Virus record (IMG/VR): IMGVR_UViG_3300023707_000001 | Length of the DNA stretch: 64,000 nt | Source: a virus | Lineage: Duplodnaviria > Heunggongvirae > Uroviricota > Caudoviricetes | Reading direction: 5' to 3' (one strand) | In this document: positions 58,493 to 64,000 of the stretch, in pieces | Layout of the letters: every line of letters begins with the position of its first letter | Position numbering within the stretch: position 1 is the stretch's first letter | Program-made: the position numbers and the translations under genes | Notes under the pieces: generated by a model | What the model saw: only the letters and a program-made list of their open reading frames with translations | Database searches by the model: none | Told to the model about the DNA's origin: nothing

Positions 58493-59239
58493 ATGACACT
58501 TAAAAAACACCTTGTAAACGTTAAAGCCCTCAACAATATTGAACTAATCAATATTGGAATCAATATCCTCAGAAAGAACAAACTTATGATGGAAATTAAG
58601 AAAGAAGTGACAGCTTCTGGCTTTCCTGTTCCTTATCTTAGCTTTATCGAAGAAAATAACGAACCGTTTACTCTTAAAACAAGCAATGCTTCCAAAAACT
58701 GGAATGGCACCCTTGAGTATTCCCCCGACACTCAAAATTGGAGTGAGTGGGATGGCACAGAAGTAAGCTCCTCTAACGATGGTAAACTTTATTTAAGAGG
58801 CGTAGGAAACAATAAGGTTAGCGACTATAATAAACAGTTTATATTAACCAGTAACAAACATATTCAATGTCTTGGCAATATAGAAAACCTGCTTGATTAC
58901 AAAACAGTTAAAGTTGGCAACCATCCAGTAATGGCTAATAAATGCTATGGCTCCATGTTTAGTGGTTGTACTTCTCTCACTAAAGCACCAGAACTTTCTG
59001 CTACTACTTTAATTAATTATTGCTATTATGGCATGTTTAATAACTGCACTTCCCTTACTAAAGCTCCAGAACTTCCTGCGACTACTTTAGCTAAGCAGTG
59101 CTATAATTGCATGTTCTACGGCTGTACTTCTCTTACAGGACAAATTCACTGCCCGGCTTCAACGGCCAATGACCCTAACAGACTTGATGCTAATGCCAAT
59201 ATTCCGGCCAACAAAGCTACCGTAGTTTACGACTTATAA
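58493..59239 (+). CDS. LRR-like APELPATTL repeat protein (paralog of 39569)
   Basis: Colinear with 39569 but with only two full repeats plus a partial one. Confidence 0.8.
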   Translation: MTLKKHLVNVKALNNIELINIGINILRKNKLMMEIKKEVTASGFPVPYLSFIEENNEPFTLKTSNASKNWNGTLEYSPDTQNWSEWDGTEVSSSNDGKLYLRGVGNNKVSDYNKQFILTSNKHIQCLGNIENLLDYKTVKVGNHPVMANKCYGSMFSGCTSLTKAPELSATTLINYCYYGMFNNCTSLTKAPELPATTLAKQCYNCMFYGCTSLTGQIHCPASTANDPNRLDANANIPANKATVVYDL

Positions 59240-59298
59240 AACCAGCCCTTCCTTACCGGAAGGGCTAATCTTTTACATAAAATTATGCGCCACTGTTA

Positions 59299-59634
59299 CT
59301 AATCCATATTATTAAGTACTTCTAAGAACTTCTCAAAATCCTTATTTAGTACTTCCACCCTTTTTCTTAACTGTTTTTCAGTATTATTGTACAGGCTCTT
59401 ACTTAAACGATCAAGCTCATCTCTTGACTTTATTTCTATGCTTTTGTAGTCGATTATTGTTGTGCGGTTCTTTCCGATTAGTCCATTTGCAAATTTCCAA
59501 TACTTTGCATCCATGTACTTCTCAAAATCTTTCTGCTTTTCTTTAAGGGCATCTTCTGTCTCACGAGCATGATACGCCATAACTGTCAGTACCCTGCCAC
59601 TAGCGCGAGAAAACTTTTGCTCCGAAGAAGTCAT
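59299..59634 (-). CDS. Hypothetical protein
   Basis: 111 aa; start overlaps the stop of the upstream small ORF (TAATG). Confidence 0.5.
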   Translation of the reverse strand: MTSSEQKFSRASGRVLTVMAYHARETEDALKEKQKDFEKYMDAKYWKFANGLIGKNRTTIIDYKSIEIKSRDELDRLSKSLYNNTEKQLRKRVEVLNKDFEKFLEVLNNMD

Positions 59635-59807
59635 TACAACAGCATCGGTAAAGGTAAAGTATGACTGGGTGTGAAATTAATCCCTTTTAAAAATCTTCTG
59701 AACCGGTTGCATTTCTTCTCTACATAGTCTGGACGAACCCTTCCACCAGTTTCTGTAAAAGTTATATCATATAAGAGGTAAATATCCTCTTCGATGATTT
59801 CTTTCAT
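59634..59807 (-). CDS. Small hypothetical protein (57 aa, MKEIIEEDIY...)
   Basis: AGGAGG RBS; could instead be a frameshifted N-terminus of 59299. Confidence 0.45.
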   Translation of the reverse strand: MKEIIEEDIYLLYDITFTETGGRVRPDYVEKKCNRFRRFLKGINFTPSHTLPLPMLL

Positions 59808-59824
59808 CTTTGTGTCGCCCCTCC

Positions 59825-60328
59825 TTATTTTATGTCCCGTTCATAATCACAAACATATTCCCAGAGCTCTCGCATTCTTTTGCTGGCCAACCCAAGAATA
59901 CTCGTCGCTGCTTCCCATTCTTCTCTGTTGGCTCGAAAATTAGCTGTGGAAATAAGGTCTCGTATCTCGGGAAGGACGTCACGAATGTCATTCCAGCTAT
60001 TCTTAAGGCGCATAGCCTGGGAGCCAAGGTTCTTGTCTTTTTCTTTCTCATAGGTCTTAAGCATTTTTAGGAGCTCAGGACCAATTCCTTCGGTTTTTCT
60101 TAGCCTCCATTTATTCTTCTTTACGCGCTTTACAAATTCACTATTTACAAAATCCATAAAACCTTCCGTTGTCATTGTAAAATTGACAACAATGCATCTG
60201 TCGTCGGCGTCTATGAGAGATTTGTATTTCGCCATTGCATCTTCCAGATTCAAATAGGCATACTTTTCCAGTGCTTCCAAATCTTCATCTTCAACGGCAA
60301 CCGTGTAAACAGTGTCGTGATATGTCAT
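59825..60328 (-). CDS. Hypothetical protein
   Basis: 167 aa, AGGAGG RBS. Confidence 0.65.
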   Translation of the reverse strand: MTYHDTVYTVAVEDEDLEALEKYAYLNLEDAMAKYKSLIDADDRCIVVNFTMTTEGFMDFVNSEFVKRVKKNKWRLRKTEGIGPELLKMLKTYEKEKDKNLGSQAMRLKNSWNDIRDVLPEIRDLISTANFRANREEWEAATSILGLASKRMRELWEYVCDYERDIK

Positions 60329-60443
60329 AAAAGCATCCCTCCTGACTAAATTATACTGCTGGAATTGCAGGTTTACAAGGGTTTTGTACTCCTTTATCCA
60401 TCCACCATAATACTAATACAAACAGCGCGTAATTTACGAAAAA

Positions 60444-60989
60444 CTATTCGCAATACTCTTTAATCCACTCCATTGTCGCTTCCGCAGAATAGATGTTGCT
60501 ATCAACCACTTTTAGTTTTTTCTTCTTATAGTCGTCTACGATCGCACTAACGAAGAAGTTTTCATATGTCGTGACTACATCGTTGTCCTTGTCGGCAACC
60601 ACGAACAGCTCACGCCCTTCATTTCCGGCATAATAATTCATGGTATCCGAAAAGGCAATCAGGTGGGCAGTATAGCCTCCGTCGCAAAGAAAAGTATCTG
60701 GCGTATTATACCCGGCAAGATTATATGTTACAGATGCTTTCATTTGGACGATTTCCGGAGCCACATAAAGCCACTCTACCTCTTGGTAGTTGTTGATATA
60801 AGCCCGGATAATCGCTTCTCCTTTATCCTGTGCCGTAATTTGCACTCCCGCAAAAGTCTCACCAAATTCCTTTTGCTTGCGACCATTAACCCTAACTATA
60901 AAATCAGATTCGAAGAAGTCGTTCTTATCGATTTCTCCATATACTTCAAACAAATCATTATCACTTTTAGCGCTGATTAATTTTATCAT
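60444..60989 (-). CDS. Hypothetical protein
   Basis: Start MIKLISAK after an AAAGGA RBS. Confidence 0.6.
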   Translation of the reverse strand: MIKLISAKSDNDLFEVYGEIDKNDFFESDFIVRVNGRKQKEFGETFAGVQITAQDKGEAIIRAYINNYQEVEWLYVAPEIVQMKASVTYNLAGYNTPDTFLCDGGYTAHLIAFSDTMNYYAGNEGRELFVVADKDNDVVTTYENFFVSAIVDDYKKKKLKVVDSNIYSAEATMEWIKEYCE

Positions 60990-61061
60990 AGAATATACAC
61001 TTCCTTTCATATTGAAAATGATAGAACAAAGCGATATAATAATATAAAAGGAGGCGATTTC

Positions 61062-62057
61062 ATGCCAGATAAACAGATTGTAGTACAAAATGTTTTACCA
61101 GGCTTAAATGCGGATTCTCTGGATGAATCTGCTATTACGCCAGACTTTTATGTAATGTATTATTTAAAATTTTTGCCGCGCTATATCGCAAATGGCCGTC
61201 CATCCGAAGATACGCTGCGTGATTATAAAATCCATATCGATAGTTTCATCCGCTGGTGCGCAGAACATGACCGCCATCCGTTATCCATGCACGATTATCA
61301 AATGCGCATATATATGGACTGGATGATTAATCGGGAATATACGGATAACACTATGGCCATCAAACTTACAGCTATCCGAGGATTCTATCAGGCCGCGTTA
61401 AAAATCGGGCGGATTGATTTAAACCCCTGCGATAACCTAAAGGCAGAACGAAAACTCATGTGGGACGAAAAGTTTCGCTTTTATTCAACAGAGCAGATTA
61501 AGCTGCTGAATGATTATGTTAAGCTTACCTCAATAAACGACTTTATCCGCTATCGTGATATGACTATCCTCTACCTAATGAGTGTGGAAGGCCTTCGTAA
61601 TGTCGAAATCCACCGTATGTGTGATGAAGATATTGATTGGGGATACAAGACCATAGTCATTCGCGGAAAAGGGCATGGAGGTGTTATTTATCCATGCGAA
61701 GAAACATTCGAGGTGCTTAAACGTTATCTCGATTCCCGCCCGTCCAGCAAAAAAGAAAACGGACTAACTCCTACCGTTGTATCCGACCACAGGCATAAAT
61801 ATAGAAGGATTTCCCGCAACGGCATCCGCAATATTATGAACAGAATACTAGAGGGGTGCCAATTAAAGCACCCCGGATACTCTTGTCATATATTCCGGCA
61901 CAGCTGCGGGACAAACCTCTATAATGAAACCAAAGACATTCGCTTGGTTCAGGAACAGCTTCGTCATAATGACCCTAAGATGGCTGCACGATACAGCCAT
62001 GTCCATGAGCGTCTTACAATAAGGCATACTTCCCGTATTGCACCGGAAATCTATTAA
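61062..62057 (+). CDS. Tyrosine recombinase/integrase (XerC/D-like)
   Basis: SAM-like N-terminus (SEDTLRDY), GLR.VE, RGKG, HIFRHS, LRH, RY catalytic residues. Confidence 0.92.
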   Translation: MPDKQIVVQNVLPGLNADSLDESAITPDFYVMYYLKFLPRYIANGRPSEDTLRDYKIHIDSFIRWCAEHDRHPLSMHDYQMRIYMDWMINREYTDNTMAIKLTAIRGFYQAALKIGRIDLNPCDNLKAERKLMWDEKFRFYSTEQIKLLNDYVKLTSINDFIRYRDMTILYLMSVEGLRNVEIHRMCDEDIDWGYKTIVIRGKGHGGVIYPCEETFEVLKRYLDSRPSSKKENGLTPTVVSDHRHKYRRISRNGIRNIMNRILEGCQLKHPGYSCHIFRHSCGTNLYNETKDIRLVQEQLRHNDPKMAARYSHVHERLTIRHTSRIAPEIY

Positions 62058-62086
62058 ATAAGCGAGCGGAATTACCGCTCGCTTTC

Positions 62087-63814
62087 TTATTCAATACGGC
62101 CTTTAATCTGCGCATCCAAAAGGTCAAGATTGTAATACGACGTATACAAAATCTTGCCGCTTTCCGGCGTATTTGCCGAAGCCTTCATTGTGCAAGCATG
62201 GGAAACATTGTTGGTGTTGATTACGAGAAGGTCAACATCGTTAAGCTTTTGCGTGTCAAAACCCTTACTGTTTCCAATATCCTTAAACTTAGGATGACGG
62301 GCAATTACTTTTGCGCGCCAGCTGTCCGTTCCGCCAGCCACGGCAATCTTAAGGTTGGTATCGGCAAAGATGTCCTTCTCGGCCAGTTCCTCTTCAGTGA
62401 CAGCAACGGGCTCTTCCTCAACTACTTCCTGTACAGTCTGAGCCTCAAGTGCCTTTGTCTTTTTACGAAGCTCCTCCCGTAGTTCCGAGATTTTATCCGA
62501 CAGGGCAATCTTTTCACTGATTGCATCCTGATATTTATGGACGTAATCCTCTTTTTGCTGGGATAGCTCGTTAAATTTACTCCTCAGGTTATCGTAAGCC
62601 ATAGACAGCTTAACCAGTTCTTTATTCTGCTTCCGATTCGCACCATTTGCAGAGCGTTTCTGGTTGGCCACGCTTTTAGATAAAGCATCTTGGGACCTAG
62701 AGACTTCTTCAAGCTTATTCTCCAGTCCGATATTCTTACGGGTAAGTTCGCCTTTTTCTGCTTTTAGCATAGAGATTTCATTATTCTTCTCGGCAACTTC
62801 CCGTTCAAGACTTGCAACCTTATCGGTAAGAGAGTTAATGGTGCTGCGTTTATCGGAAAGTTCTCCTTTAAAGAACTGAATTTGTTCGGTGTCACTATGC
62901 ACCTTGTAACGATAATACCACGATGGCTTAAAAGCTGGATGCATACGGGCCGCTAAATATTCTGCTGCCGTAGAGTAAAAGTTAAAATCCTCGGTAGTCC
63001 ACTCGGACACAAATGGTTCTGCAGGCGCACATTCGGTAAATTCTGTTTCTAAAACCTGAAGGCAATTATCGATGTCGTCAGGGCGGATAATTCCCTTCAT
63101 AATGTCACGGGCGCAGGCGGAAATTTTCTGACACAACCCCACGTCATCACTTATCGTGTACATGCACTCGGCTACTAATTTCATTTCTGTGGCCCGCACA
63201 AGGAAAACATTGCCTGGAAGATCACGGCTGTAGAATGTAATCAAATCATATGCCATGCCGGCACAGATAAATTCTTTATTGAGGAGGAATAAATCTTCTT
63301 CGGTAAACTCTTGAATAGAAACCTTATAGTCTTCAAGAATAGTACGAAGTAATTGGACGGACGGCATTTCGTTGTAATGCGCCGTAACCAAATCATCGAA
63401 CGAGTTTTTCTCATCACCATAGTTCATATCGAAAATGAGCTGCCAAATATCATAGATTAAGGCCAAACGGATATTTTTTAGGGCCTCCATTCTACCAGTA
63501 TCTGAGACAACCAATGAACGGTAACAAGCGGCGAGGTAGTTATAAAACATCCCCTTAACCGTACAAAGCATAAAAAAGCTGGGATTGCGCTCATAATATT
63601 CGTCATGAATATTTTTAGCATTCTTTGTAAGAAGCTCGATAGCCTCTTCGAACTTCTGTTCTTCCTGTAACTTCGTCACCTTTTCAAAAACCTTTGCGAT
63701 ACGTGTTTTGGTAAAAGGAACAACCAAGTCACTGGCTAATCGGTTTGTGTAAAGCTTGGCAAAATATTCACCAGGCTGAATACTTGTATATGTTTCATAG
63801 GACAAGATAATCAC
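62087..63814 (-). CDS. Coiled-coil protein with C-terminal DUF2325-like domain
   Basis: Long heptad region, then KIAVAGG...DVDLLVINTNNVSHA. Confidence 0.6.
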   Translation of the reverse strand: MIILSYETYTSIQPGEYFAKLYTNRLASDLVVPFTKTRIAKVFEKVTKLQEEQKFEEAIELLTKNAKNIHDEYYERNPSFFMLCTVKGMFYNYLAACYRSLVVSDTGRMEALKNIRLALIYDIWQLIFDMNYGDEKNSFDDLVTAHYNEMPSVQLLRTILEDYKVSIQEFTEEDLFLLNKEFICAGMAYDLITFYSRDLPGNVFLVRATEMKLVAECMYTISDDVGLCQKISACARDIMKGIIRPDDIDNCLQVLETEFTECAPAEPFVSEWTTEDFNFYSTAAEYLAARMHPAFKPSWYYRYKVHSDTEQIQFFKGELSDKRSTINSLTDKVASLEREVAEKNNEISMLKAEKGELTRKNIGLENKLEEVSRSQDALSKSVANQKRSANGANRKQNKELVKLSMAYDNLRSKFNELSQQKEDYVHKYQDAISEKIALSDKISELREELRKKTKALEAQTVQEVVEEEPVAVTEEELAEKDIFADTNLKIAVAGGTDSWRAKVIARHPKFKDIGNSKGFDTQKLNDVDLLVINTNNVSHACTMKASANTPESGKILYTSYYNLDLLDAQIKGRIE

Positions 63815-63890
63815 CTCTTTTGATTAAAATAATTATAACAAAAAAATTTGGCCGCCTCAAGAAGAAGCGGCCAATATATGTGGTTCTTAA

Positions 63891-64000
63891 TTACTGTTCT
63901 CTTTTAATGGTCAAAGAGCCTGTTTCATTTTCCTTGCGGTGACAATGCGGGCACTCATTTTCAATAATGCCTGTATATCCGCAAACCGGGTCACGGTCAA
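63891..64000 (-). CDS. nrdD: C-terminus of anaerobic ribonucleotide reductase (partial)
   Basis: DRDPVCGYTGIIENECPHCHRKE...*, the NrdD zinc-site region. Confidence 0.7.
   Translation of the reverse strand, partial: DRDPVCGYTGIIENECPHCHRKENETGSLTIKREQ

Noticed and set aside
39569-59239. Diversity-generating retroelement (template/variable repeat pair) between the two APELPATTL genes
   Set aside because: Differences are spread over all bases and are often synonymous, not adenine-specific; there is no reverse transcriptase in the window.

Overview
A 64-kb piece of a large tailed phage or phage-like element (no rRNA, tRNA or CRISPR seen). It probably infects an anaerobic Firmicute, most likely a diderm Negativicute; the host call is inferred from protein resemblances only. 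The left part (1-18.3 kb) is a replication/regulation module: helicase C-terminus, Rha/antirepressor, GroES, sigma factor, LemA/TPM, RecJ and a free-standing LAGLIDADG endonuclease. It also holds a DnaE polymerase split by two sister group I introns, whose splice sites can be read directly from P1/P10 pairing. The middle part (18.3-56.1 kb) is a late region with holin-like genes, a GT2 glycosyltransferase, many tail-fibre/adhesin genes (tandem fibre cassettes, LamG-like, BspA/DUF285-type repeats) and a lysis module. An IS1182-family element is inserted in a terminator here and carries a type-I-TA-like RNA cargo. The right part holds accessory genes, an XRE regulator, a tyrosine recombinase and the C-terminus of an NrdD that lacks the glycyl-radical motif. 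The standout candidate new system is at 44.3-51.7 kb. A tail-fibre-like protein ending in NNCNCNCNCGSDHSH is followed by two small genes and five tightly packed radical SAM (SPASM/Twitch-like) genes, all inside the tail region. This suggests RiPP-style post-translational modification of a virion protein. All family calls come from motif recognition by eye; no database search was run.
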